Below, piece after piece: positions 20,145 to 28,786 of a DNA stretch of 64,000 bases. The number at the start of each line of letters is the position of its first letter. Position 1 is the first letter of the stretch. Origin of the DNA: a virus (taxonomy: Duplodnaviria > Caudoviricetes). A model generated the notes under the pieces. It made no database searches and had not been told where the DNA came from. It saw only the letters and a program-made list of their open reading frames with translations. The stretch is from IMG/VR virus record IMGVR_UViG_3300026260_000475, positions 1 through 64,000 of that record; one strand, 5' to 3'. Position numbers and translations under genes: made by a program.

Positions 20145-21583
20145 AAAAGTTAAGTTTAATAGTTCCATATAGAAAAAGGGAATCACATTTAAGAAAATTT
20201 ATTCCTTATATGGAAGATTATCTTAATAAATCTAATATACCTTTTTCGATAGTGGTTGTTGAACAAAATAATGATAAACCATTTAATAGAGGTAAACTTC
20301 TAAACATAGGTTATGATTTATCAACAAAAGATAGTGATTATTTTTGTTTTCATGATGTGGATTTAATTCCAGATGATGTAGATTATTCTTACACCGAACA
20401 TCCAGTACATTTAGCTACTAATTTGAGTAAGGATGAGTTCCGTGATTGTTGGGAATATTACTTTGGTGGAGTTACCTTATTTAATAAACAAGATTTTACA
20501 GATATTAATGGATATTCGAATGAATACTGGGGATGGGGATTTGAGGACGATGATTTATTGAGAAGATGTGTCAATTTTGGATTGAAGATAGATGAGAAAG
20601 AAGTAAAATCTCCAGTAACTTATGGATTAGGTTCAGGATATTTTAATGGAACAACCTCATATTGTGAAGTAATGTTTGGGAATAAAGAAATAAGAGAAAT
20701 ATTTTCTGAAGATTTTACTATTTTGACTAATTTTTTACCTGATAAGGTTATGCAAAAGGAAAATGTGTCAGAATGTATATGGTCAATACCAGAATTGGGT
20801 TTTAATTTATTGTTTAGTGACAGAGGTTCTTTAGATTTAGTTGCAACAAACATAGATGGTGAAAAGTTTGTATGTCAACAAATATATAGGATGGTTGATA
20901 GAATACCAACACTTAGTATTATATCGTATGATAGTAAGAATAATAGATTAAATTTTTATATTAATGGAGAACTTATAGATTTTGTTGAAATAGATATGAA
21001 AAAAATTGATGAACAAGAGTCAATGTATTTAGGAGTTGAGAATCCAGAAGGTCATCCGAATAAATATTTTTATAAAGGACAGATATTCGAACATGCAGTA
21101 TATAACAGGAAACTTTCAGAGCGAGAAGTTAAAGATTTATTTTTAAAAAGAAGAGGTAGAAGTCTAACTCAAGATTTTAATTCGTATAAACCACATAAGT
21201 TATGTTGTTATTATGATTTTAACCATCATACTTCAGATTATTATATGGATTTAAGTAATAATAAAGTTAGAAATTTTAAAACCGATGTAATGTCAGGTGT
21301 TTTGAATGAAGATTCTTATTTTGTAAAGAGGATAATTAAAAAATTACCATTTAGGCGTAAATCTAAATTTTTATCTTTATTCCATCAAACAGAAGGATGG
21401 GTTGGTAAAGGTTGGAAACAACCAGAAACTTATATTAACCAACGTCATTATTTTAATATAGAGAATAAGATAGATATTGTTTTAAATGATGGATTATCTA
21501 ACTTAGAATACAAAGTTGATAGTTATAAAGACATAACAGAATATTCTAAACTATATAAGGTATCTTTTAATGAGTCAACATGA
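20141..21583 (+). CDS. GT7-like galactosyltransferase with inserted LamG/ConA-like domain
   Basis: IVPYR, FNRGKLLN, FHDVD, YFGGV, WGWGFEDDD; insert YFNG..FYING..YKGQI...YNRKLS..E; tail DGLSNLEY. Confidence 0.85.
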   Translation: MKKLSLIVPYRKRESHLRKFIPYMEDYLNKSNIPFSIVVVEQNNDKPFNRGKLLNIGYDLSTKDSDYFCFHDVDLIPDDVDYSYTEHPVHLATNLSKDEFRDCWEYYFGGVTLFNKQDFTDINGYSNEYWGWGFEDDDLLRRCVNFGLKIDEKEVKSPVTYGLGSGYFNGTTSYCEVMFGNKEIREIFSEDFTILTNFLPDKVMQKENVSECIWSIPELGFNLLFSDRGSLDLVATNIDGEKFVCQQIYRMVDRIPTLSIISYDSKNNRLNFYINGELIDFVEIDMKKIDEQESMYLGVENPEGHPNKYFYKGQIFEHAVYNRKLSEREVKDLFLKRRGRSLTQDFNSYKPHKLCCYYDFNHHTSDYYMDLSNNKVRNFKTDVMSGVLNEDSYFVKRIIKKLPFRRKSKFLSLFHQTEGWVGKGWKQPETYINQRHYFNIENKIDIVLNDGLSNLEYKVDSYKDITEYSKLYKVSFNEST

Positions 21584-23066
21584 ACATGATAGAATAAAAA
21601 CTATTTTACCTGAGATAGAAAAAAGAACATCACCTACTTTTTGTCTCGCAAAGTGGCATCATTGTACAATTTATTTACATTTAGGTGAAACTCATTCTTG
21701 TTATCATCCATCACCACATAAAATTCCACTTGAAGAACTAAAAAATAATCCATCAGCTTTACATAATACGATAGAGAAGAAGAAACAACGGAAGATGATG
21801 TTGGAAGGAGAACAACCACCAGGTTGTGCGTATTGTTGGAAGGTTGAAGCTATGGGTGATGAGTATATTAGTGATAGAAAACAACGTTCAGTATCAATAC
21901 ACGAAGGACAGCCTTGGTTACTTGATGAGATTGTAGAGAATCCTTGGGATTTTAATGTTAATCCAGAGTATATAGAGTTGTCTTTTGGTAATCAATGTAA
22001 TTTCAAGTGTGGTTATTGTCATCCAAGATATAGTTCGAGGTTTTTTGATGAAATAAAGGACTTAGGTCCATATAAAAATTTAAGTAGTGGAGATTATAGT
22101 GTAGAATGGTTTGAACAAAACTTATATAAGAATGATGAGGATAATCCTTATGTAAAAGCTTGGTTTGAATGGTGGCCCGACTTACGAAAGAGTTTAAATA
22201 TCTTGAGAATTACAGGTGGAGAACCATTAATTCACGGAAGTACATACAGATTGTTAGATGAGATAAACAAAAACCCAGTTCCTAATATGGAATTGAATAT
22301 AAATACCAATATGGGAGCTAACCCTAAGTTAATTGATAAGTTTATAGAGAAAATAAGACCAATCATAGAAGAAAAGAAGGTTAGGGAGTTTAAATTATTT
22401 ACAAGTATAGATGCAGTGGGAGATAAAGCGGAATATATAAGGAATGGTTTGGATTATGAGTTATTTCAGAGGAATATAAACAAATATTTGACCGATATTC
22501 CGAATTCTGCAATATCTTTTATGATTACCTTTAACTTGATGTGTGTTAGTAACTTTAGTGAGTTATTAGAGATGATATTAGAGTTACGTGAGAGACATAA
22601 TAAACCCTGGCCCAAGAAGCCAGATGAAAAGAATGAAGAGAGATGGCAAAGAGTACAAATTGATACACCACATTTGAAAGAACCACCACATTATGATATG
22701 TTAATACTACCTAAAGATGAATTTTTACCATATATGATAGACCATCTTGATTTTATGTATGCTAATAATCACAAATGGGATCCAAATAAGTTTGACGATT
22801 TAGAAATAGCTAAATTTAAACGAGTTGTAGATTATTATGAAACGTCAGACCCAGATGAACAATATTTATCTAAAGGGAGAAGTGATTTTTATAATTTTTT
22901 TACACAACATGACGAAAGAAGGGATACAGATTTCTTAAAGACCTTTCCAGAGTATGAAAATTTTTGGAATTTATCTAAAGAGGCTACAATTGGAACTTCA
23001 AGACGAATGAGAATTATGGAACGAAGAAAAAAATTAAGAGAAAGAGTTAAATCGAGGAGAAAATGA
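21570..23066 (+). CDS. N-terminal twitch-domain radical SAM protein
   Basis: FCLAKW...HSCYH...CAYCW, then CNFKCGYC and TGGEP. Confidence 0.85.
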   Translation: MSQHEHDRIKTILPEIEKRTSPTFCLAKWHHCTIYLHLGETHSCYHPSPHKIPLEELKNNPSALHNTIEKKKQRKMMLEGEQPPGCAYCWKVEAMGDEYISDRKQRSVSIHEGQPWLLDEIVENPWDFNVNPEYIELSFGNQCNFKCGYCHPRYSSRFFDEIKDLGPYKNLSSGDYSVEWFEQNLYKNDEDNPYVKAWFEWWPDLRKSLNILRITGGEPLIHGSTYRLLDEINKNPVPNMELNINTNMGANPKLIDKFIEKIRPIIEEKKVREFKLFTSIDAVGDKAEYIRNGLDYELFQRNINKYLTDIPNSAISFMITFNLMCVSNFSELLEMILELRERHNKPWPKKPDEKNEERWQRVQIDTPHLKEPPHYDMLILPKDEFLPYMIDHLDFMYANNHKWDPNKFDDLEIAKFKRVVDYYETSDPDEQYLSKGRSDFYNFFTQHDERRDTDFLKTFPEYENFWNLSKEATIGTSRRMRIMERRKKLRERVKSRRK

Positions 23067-23176
23067 TGAGATGTTGTAAGTGGTTAAGAGAAAAAATAGC
23101 TAAGCTAAAGTTAGAGCTAAGATATCGTAAAAAGATAAAAGAATTAAGAAAAAGAGACCCTTTTATTTATAAATAA
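23063..23176 (+). CDS. 37-aa basic peptide MMRCCKWLREKIAKLKLELRYRKKIKELRKRDPFIYK (not in the ORF track)
   Basis: ATGA overlap with the upstream stop, GAGGAG just upstream, and TAA at 23174-23176 one base before the next ATG. It exactly fills the gap. Confidence 0.75.
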   Translation: MMRCCKWLREKIAKLKLELRYRKKIKELRKRDPFIYK

Positions 23177-23177
23177 A

Positions 23178-24485
23178 ATGAAAAAGTTAACGGATATTAT
23201 AGAGTATGTAGGAAAAGATTATTATTTAAAAGAATCTAAAACTTTTTGTATGTTGCCTTGGGTACATATGTATGTTAACACAGATTCTTCTGTTTGGTCT
23301 TGTTGTGTTAATAAAACTATGACACTTGGTGACCACGAATACGAATTAACAAATATTATGTCACAACCAGTTATTGAAACTATGAATAGTGAGTATTTTA
23401 AAAAATTACGATTGGATATGATAAATGATATTGAGAATGATAATTGTACAGATTGTTTTAAGTTAGAAAAGAGTACAGGACATTCTTATAGAAATGATTT
23501 CAACAGAGAATATGGTGATTATTTTGATAAAGTACCTGATATGAATACTGATGGTTCTTTAGATGATTTTGAGACAATATATTTAGATTTTAGATTTTCT
23601 AATCTATGTAATTTTAAATGTAGGTCTTGTAGACCAGAGTGGAGTTCTAATTGGGCTAAGGAAGCTAAAGATAATAAAGACCATCCATATAAAGATTGGG
23701 ATGGTTATATACCAAGACATGATTTAACAGAAGAAGAATTTATAGATAAGTTTAAAGATGCATTTAAGACAATAAAAAGAATTTATTTTGCAGGTGGTGA
23801 ACCATTAGCAGCAAAAGAACATTATTGGATATTAAATTATTTGATAGAAAATAATAATACAGATGTTCTTGTTGAGTATAATACTAATTTATCTATGTTA
23901 AAGAATAATAAATTAAAATTAAGTGTTGTAGATTATTGGAAAAAATTTAGTAATATAAACATAAGAGTTAGTTTAGATGCTATGGGTGATAGAGCGGAGT
24001 ATTTGAGAAGTGGGACAGATTGGAAATTAATCGAAGATAACTTCAGATATGTTAAAGAGAATTTACCTAATGTAAACATAGGGATATCTACAGTATTCCA
24101 ATTGACTAATGCTTTACATATACCTGATTTTTATCAAGATTGGATAGATAAAGGTTTATTAGATGAGGAGGGATTACATAATATTTTTGTAATACCATTA
24201 ACAGGCCCAGAACAATTGAGTTCACATATATTACCGAAAGAATTAAAAACTTTAGTTAGAGATAAATGGAAAGATTTTATGGATAGACTTGGAGATATAA
24301 TTGTCAAAGACTCACAATTCAAATTTAAAAAATATATAGGTGATTGTCTTGATTATATGGATTCTGAAGATTTATATAATAGTCAAAAAATACATTTTGA
24401 AAATTATACAAAGTATTTAGATAATATTAGAAGTGAAAACTTTTCAGAAGTATTTCCTGAGTTAAAAGATTATTATGACTGTTAA
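23178..24485 (+). CDS. N-terminal twitch-domain radical SAM protein
   Basis: FCMLPW.H...SCC...CTDC, then CNFKCRSC, AGGEP, YNTN; tail FPEL. Confidence 0.9.
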   Translation: MKKLTDIIEYVGKDYYLKESKTFCMLPWVHMYVNTDSSVWSCCVNKTMTLGDHEYELTNIMSQPVIETMNSEYFKKLRLDMINDIENDNCTDCFKLEKSTGHSYRNDFNREYGDYFDKVPDMNTDGSLDDFETIYLDFRFSNLCNFKCRSCRPEWSSNWAKEAKDNKDHPYKDWDGYIPRHDLTEEEFIDKFKDAFKTIKRIYFAGGEPLAAKEHYWILNYLIENNNTDVLVEYNTNLSMLKNNKLKLSVVDYWKKFSNINIRVSLDAMGDRAEYLRSGTDWKLIEDNFRYVKENLPNVNIGISTVFQLTNALHIPDFYQDWIDKGLLDEEGLHNIFVIPLTGPEQLSSHILPKELKTLVRDKWKDFMDRLGDIIVKDSQFKFKKYIGDCLDYMDSEDLYNSQKIHFENYTKYLDNIRSENFSEVFPELKDYYDC

Positions 24486-25695
24486 AGATAAATTGAATAA
24501 CTCCAAAGTATTTTGTATGATGCCTTGGATTCATACACATATTTGGCCAAGTGGAAAATCTTTTCCTTGTTGTATGTCAAGTGAAAGTGTAGGAGATTTA
24601 AATGATAATTCATTAAAGGAAATTTGGAATAATGAGAAGTATAAAAAACTTCGAAGAAATATGTTGAAAGAAAAAGAATCTTCAGAATGTACACGATGTT
24701 ATGAGATGGAAAAATCTAATATTTTTACATTAAGAAATATGGTAAATGAAAATTATAAAGAACATATTGATAGAGTAGAGACTACACAAGAAGATGGAAC
24801 GGTAGAAGAATTAAATATGAGTTATATGGATATTAGAGTTTCTAATATTTGTAATTTTAGATGTAGAACTTGTGGACCAGAATTAAGTAGTGCGTGGTAT
24901 GATGAACATTTAAAAATTTATGGACAACCACCTGATAATCCGAGACTTATGAATGTAGCAGATAATAAAAAGTTTTGGAAAGAGTTACAACCATTACTAT
25001 TAACAGTAGAAGAAGCTTGTTGGGCTGGTGGTGAACCAATCATTACAGAAGAACATTATAAGATATTAGATTTTTGGATTGAAAATAAGATGAAAGATGT
25101 GAGGTTGAGATATACTACCAACTTCAGTAATCTATACTTTAAGAAAAAATCTATATTAGAGTATTGGAATAGTTTTAAGGATGTGAGGATAGCTGCAAGT
25201 CTTGATGGTATGGGTAAAAGAGGTGAGTTGATTAGAGCAGGAACTAATTGGGATGTAATAGAAAAAAATAGAAAACAAATGATAAAAGAATGTCCCGATG
25301 TATATTTTGAGATAACACCTACAGTTAGTATTATGAATGTTTATCATTTACCAGACTTTCATAAAGATTGGATTGATAGAGGATTGTTAGAACCTAATAA
25401 TATACGAATGAATATATTAACATATCCAATGGAACATAGAATACAGATAATACCGAAGGAACAAAGGAAAAAGTTTATTACGAAGTATCATGAACATATA
25501 CAATGGATAGATAATAATTTTGGTGAGGGTATTGCTAAAGATGGATTTATATCTATACTTGATTTTTTAGAACAAAAGAATTATGATAATCTTATATCAG
25601 ATTTTATAAATAGAAATACACCATTGGATGAATTAAGAGGAGAATCTTTGTTTAAAATTTGTCCTGAATTAAAATTTTTGGAATATTATGTCTAA
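24475..25695 (+). CDS. N-terminal twitch-domain radical SAM protein
   Basis: FCMMPW.H...PCC...CTRC, then CNFRCRTC, AGGEP, YTTN. Confidence 0.9.
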   Translation: MTVKDKLNNSKVFCMMPWIHTHIWPSGKSFPCCMSSESVGDLNDNSLKEIWNNEKYKKLRRNMLKEKESSECTRCYEMEKSNIFTLRNMVNENYKEHIDRVETTQEDGTVEELNMSYMDIRVSNICNFRCRTCGPELSSAWYDEHLKIYGQPPDNPRLMNVADNKKFWKELQPLLLTVEEACWAGGEPIITEEHYKILDFWIENKMKDVRLRYTTNFSNLYFKKKSILEYWNSFKDVRIAASLDGMGKRGELIRAGTNWDVIEKNRKQMIKECPDVYFEITPTVSIMNVYHLPDFHKDWIDRGLLEPNNIRMNILTYPMEHRIQIIPKEQRKKFITKYHEHIQWIDNNFGEGIAKDGFISILDFLEQKNYDNLISDFINRNTPLDELRGESLFKICPELKFLEYYV

Positions 25696-26305
25696 ATTAG
25701 TTACATTTGGAGATAGTTTTGTAGCTCAACGTGTTTATTACAAAGAATTAGAACCAAAATCTTGGTTAGATGTTATTTGTAGAGAAAATAATTTTGTTTT
25801 GGATGGTTGTGGTTTAGGTGGTAATGGTATATGGACAACTGTTATGGATTTTTTGAATCACGAAAAAGATTTTGATGTTTGTATTTTTGGTTGGTCTACT
25901 TTACATAGGGAAATGGACATTCGAAAAGAAAATGATGACTCGATATTTTTGAAAGGGATATCGTTATTACAATGGTTTGATAGATTTTTACAAAAAAATT
26001 ATTCAGATAAAAAAATTATACATCTTTATTGTTTTAAAGAACAAGATAAACTTTTTGATATTGATCTTTTAATTAAAAATGATATAAGTTTTGATTTTTA
26101 TCCACATATATTTAATCAAGGTGTTAATATTAAACCAGAATTATTAAAATTTTCAAAACTTTTAGATTTTAAATTAGAAGATGACGATAGGACATTACAC
26201 ATGGCACCACAAGTTCATAAATCCTTTGGTAAACAACTCAATGAAGTCTTAAAAGATAAATCTTTAAAGAATGGTGATATAGTGGAGTTCAATCTTGGAT
26301 ATTAA
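25688..26305 (+). CDS. SGNH/GDSL-like protein
   Basis: TFGDSF, GLGGNG, C-terminal TLHM....H. Confidence 0.65.
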   Translation: MSKLVTFGDSFVAQRVYYKELEPKSWLDVICRENNFVLDGCGLGGNGIWTTVMDFLNHEKDFDVCIFGWSTLHREMDIRKENDDSIFLKGISLLQWFDRFLQKNYSDKKIIHLYCFKEQDKLFDIDLLIKNDISFDFYPHIFNQGVNIKPELLKFSKLLDFKLEDDDRTLHMAPQVHKSFGKQLNEVLKDKSLKNGDIVEFNLGY

Positions 26306-27764
26306 GAAACTAAAAAAGAGTAAAACCTTTTGTCCTTTTCCATTTATGAATTTAAATAGTAATACTGATGGGTCTGTTAAGATATGTTGTGCACAAAATG
26401 AAAATATACATTTGAAAAAAGAAGATGGTACAACTTATAATTTATATGAAGATGATATAGAAGATGTTTGGAATTCAACCCATATAAAAGATATTAGAAA
26501 GAAACTTTTGAATGGAGAACAAATAAAAGAATGTAATGTCTGTTGGAATGTAGAGAACGCTAATAAATCTTATGGTGGTCATGATGCACCTACGAGTACA
26601 AGATTGGATAGTATAAAGAGTTATATGGAAGAAGATGGTATTTTTAGTTATCATCGTCAGTTTATTGAAAATAATGTATTATCTACTCTCGGCGACGGTT
26701 GGGTTGAGGAATCTTTGAAGAGTTTAGAGTTAAGACTTGGAAATCATTGTAACTTAGCTTGTAATATGTGTTGGGGATATAGTAGTAGTAAGATAAATAC
26801 CGAGAGACTGAATCTTTTGAAGAGTAGAGATGTAGATATGCCTGATTGGTTGTTTGAAATGTGGTATCCTTCGGAGTATGATATATCAAAAATCAATATG
26901 ATGTGGCATGAGAATCCAAAATTCTTAGAAAATTTTAAAAAGATAGCACCAACATTGAAAAGATTGTATGTAACTGGTGGAGAACCAAGTATTATTGAAG
27001 CAAATACTAAAATTATAAATCATTTAATTGAAATAGGTAATAAAGAATGTCATATATCCTTTACAACTAACTTAACAACTTGGAATTTAGACTTATATGA
27101 GAAGTTAGATTTTTTTGATAGGAGTGAAGTTCAGATAAGTCTTGATGGTTTTGATAAATCTCAAGAATATATACGATATGGTTCAAGTTGGGAAGTGGTA
27201 TCGGAAAATTTTAAGAAATTAATTCAATTACCTAACAAAATTAGGATACAAATCTATACGGTATTTCAAATTTATAATATGTTTGAGACTTATAAGTTGA
27301 TGAAGTGGTTAGATTCATTGAGAATGGACGGATTATTAAATAGAGAGATTGGATTTTATTCTATATTGATAGATCAACCTTTATTTTTAAGAACTAATTT
27401 GATTCATTGGGAGATAAGAGATAAAGCAATGAATTTATATAGGGAATTTTATGATTATTCAACTTATAACAATGAATATTTAGATTTTCACGGAACTGCA
27501 AATAAAATCATTTCTTACTTAGAAAGTGATTGGGAATCACACGCAAGTTATGGAAAATATTGTCAAGGTGTAGAACAAACAGAATTAAATCAAAGAAAGA
27601 TGTTTTATCAATATACCTATTATATGGATAAGGTTCGTAATACTAATTTTTTTAGAACATTTCCAGAATTTCGTGAATTAAAACTTGAATTTGATGATAG
27701 TTTAGGTGAACATTTAGTAACACCAAATTGGTGGATAGATGATAAACTTCCAGGAAGCAAATGA
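26295..27764 (+). CDS. N-terminal twitch-domain radical SAM protein
   Basis: FCPFPF...ICC...CNVCW, then CNLACNMC, TGGEP, FTTN. TTG start. Confidence 0.9.
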   Translation: MDIKKLKKSKTFCPFPFMNLNSNTDGSVKICCAQNENIHLKKEDGTTYNLYEDDIEDVWNSTHIKDIRKKLLNGEQIKECNVCWNVENANKSYGGHDAPTSTRLDSIKSYMEEDGIFSYHRQFIENNVLSTLGDGWVEESLKSLELRLGNHCNLACNMCWGYSSSKINTERLNLLKSRDVDMPDWLFEMWYPSEYDISKINMMWHENPKFLENFKKIAPTLKRLYVTGGEPSIIEANTKIINHLIEIGNKECHISFTTNLTTWNLDLYEKLDFFDRSEVQISLDGFDKSQEYIRYGSSWEVVSENFKKLIQLPNKIRIQIYTVFQIYNMFETYKLMKWLDSLRMDGLLNREIGFYSILIDQPLFLRTNLIHWEIRDKAMNLYREFYDYSTYNNEYLDFHGTANKIISYLESDWESHASYGKYCQGVEQTELNQRKMFYQYTYYMDKVRNTNFFRTFPEFRELKLEFDDSLGEHLVTPNWWIDDKLPGSK

Positions 27765-28786
27765 GTGATTTAGTAAAGATATTACCAGGTGAAAAGAAGT
27801 ATTTAAGTGTAACTTGGCAAGTAAGTAACTTCTGTAATTATAGGTGCTCTTATTGTAATGAGGGTAATTGGAGTGGTACACATAAAAATGAAGATACTGA
27901 AAAATATATTGATTTTCTTGATAAGTTAATAACAAGATTTCAGTTTAAAGGTTATGAATCATTCAAATTCTTTTTTTCAGGAGGAGAACCTGTCTTTTGG
28001 AAACCTTTATTACCAGTTGCAGAATTTTTACATGAGAAATGTGATAAACCATTGTTAGCAATCAATACTAATTTGAGTAATTCGTTATTATGGTGGAAGA
28101 AAAATTATCATTATTTCCAAGATGTAGTAGCGAGTTACCATATTGGACAAGTAGACCATGAAAGATTTTTACAGAACGCTCAATTTTTACAAGATAAGAT
28201 GAATTACCTTGCTATTCGTATGATGATGGATGACCATGACTTTCAAGATGTTATAGATAGAGGAAATGAGATTTGGGAAGAGATGGATAATTGTGTTTTG
28301 GAGTGGGTGCCGTTACTTGATGAGTTATCAACAGGGGCACAGCCTTGGTATTATAATGAGGAGTGGAAAAGGAAGTGGTTTGAAGAAACAGATGGATATT
28401 GGAGAAAATGGGGAACAGTAAATGAACATAGAGAATTTAATCCAGCGTATAGTGCTGAAGTTTGGGATGATGGTAAAATACAACCAGTAAACTCTAATAG
28501 ATTAGCCGCAGAAAGATTAAATAACTTTGAGGGTTGGCATTGTTGGTTAAATGACGCTATTTTTATAAATCCATATGGTGATATCAGTGCTGGTAGTTGT
28601 GGAGTTAGTGGTAGAATAGGAAATATAAATGAAGATGTTATAAACTTTTTAGAAAGACCAATTATATGTCCTAAATCACATTGTACTTGTGGAACTGATA
28701 TTATTATACCAAAGATAAGTCATAAAGTATATGATGGAGAAACAGATTATCCAGTATTAGATAAGGAAGATATAAATGTCGACTAA
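27761..28786 (+). CDS. Radical SAM protein with C-terminal Cys-rich auxiliary domain
   Basis: CNYRCSYC, SGGEP; C-terminal FEGWHC...GSCG...CPKSHCTCGTDIIIPK. Confidence 0.88.
   Translation: MSDLVKILPGEKKYLSVTWQVSNFCNYRCSYCNEGNWSGTHKNEDTEKYIDFLDKLITRFQFKGYESFKFFFSGGEPVFWKPLLPVAEFLHEKCDKPLLAINTNLSNSLLWWKKNYHYFQDVVASYHIGQVDHERFLQNAQFLQDKMNYLAIRMMMDDHDFQDVIDRGNEIWEEMDNCVLEWVPLLDELSTGAQPWYYNEEWKRKWFEETDGYWRKWGTVNEHREFNPAYSAEVWDDGKIQPVNSNRLAAERLNNFEGWHCWLNDAIFINPYGDISAGSCGVSGRIGNINEDVINFLERPIICPKSHCTCGTDIIIPKISHKVYDGETDYPVLDKEDINVD

Noticed and set aside
23168-23175. T4 late promoter TATAAATA
   Set aside because: It is an exact match but overlaps the Tyr-Lys-stop codons of the 37-aa ORF and ends 2 nt before the next ATG, leaving no room for a leader. 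It is likely incidental.
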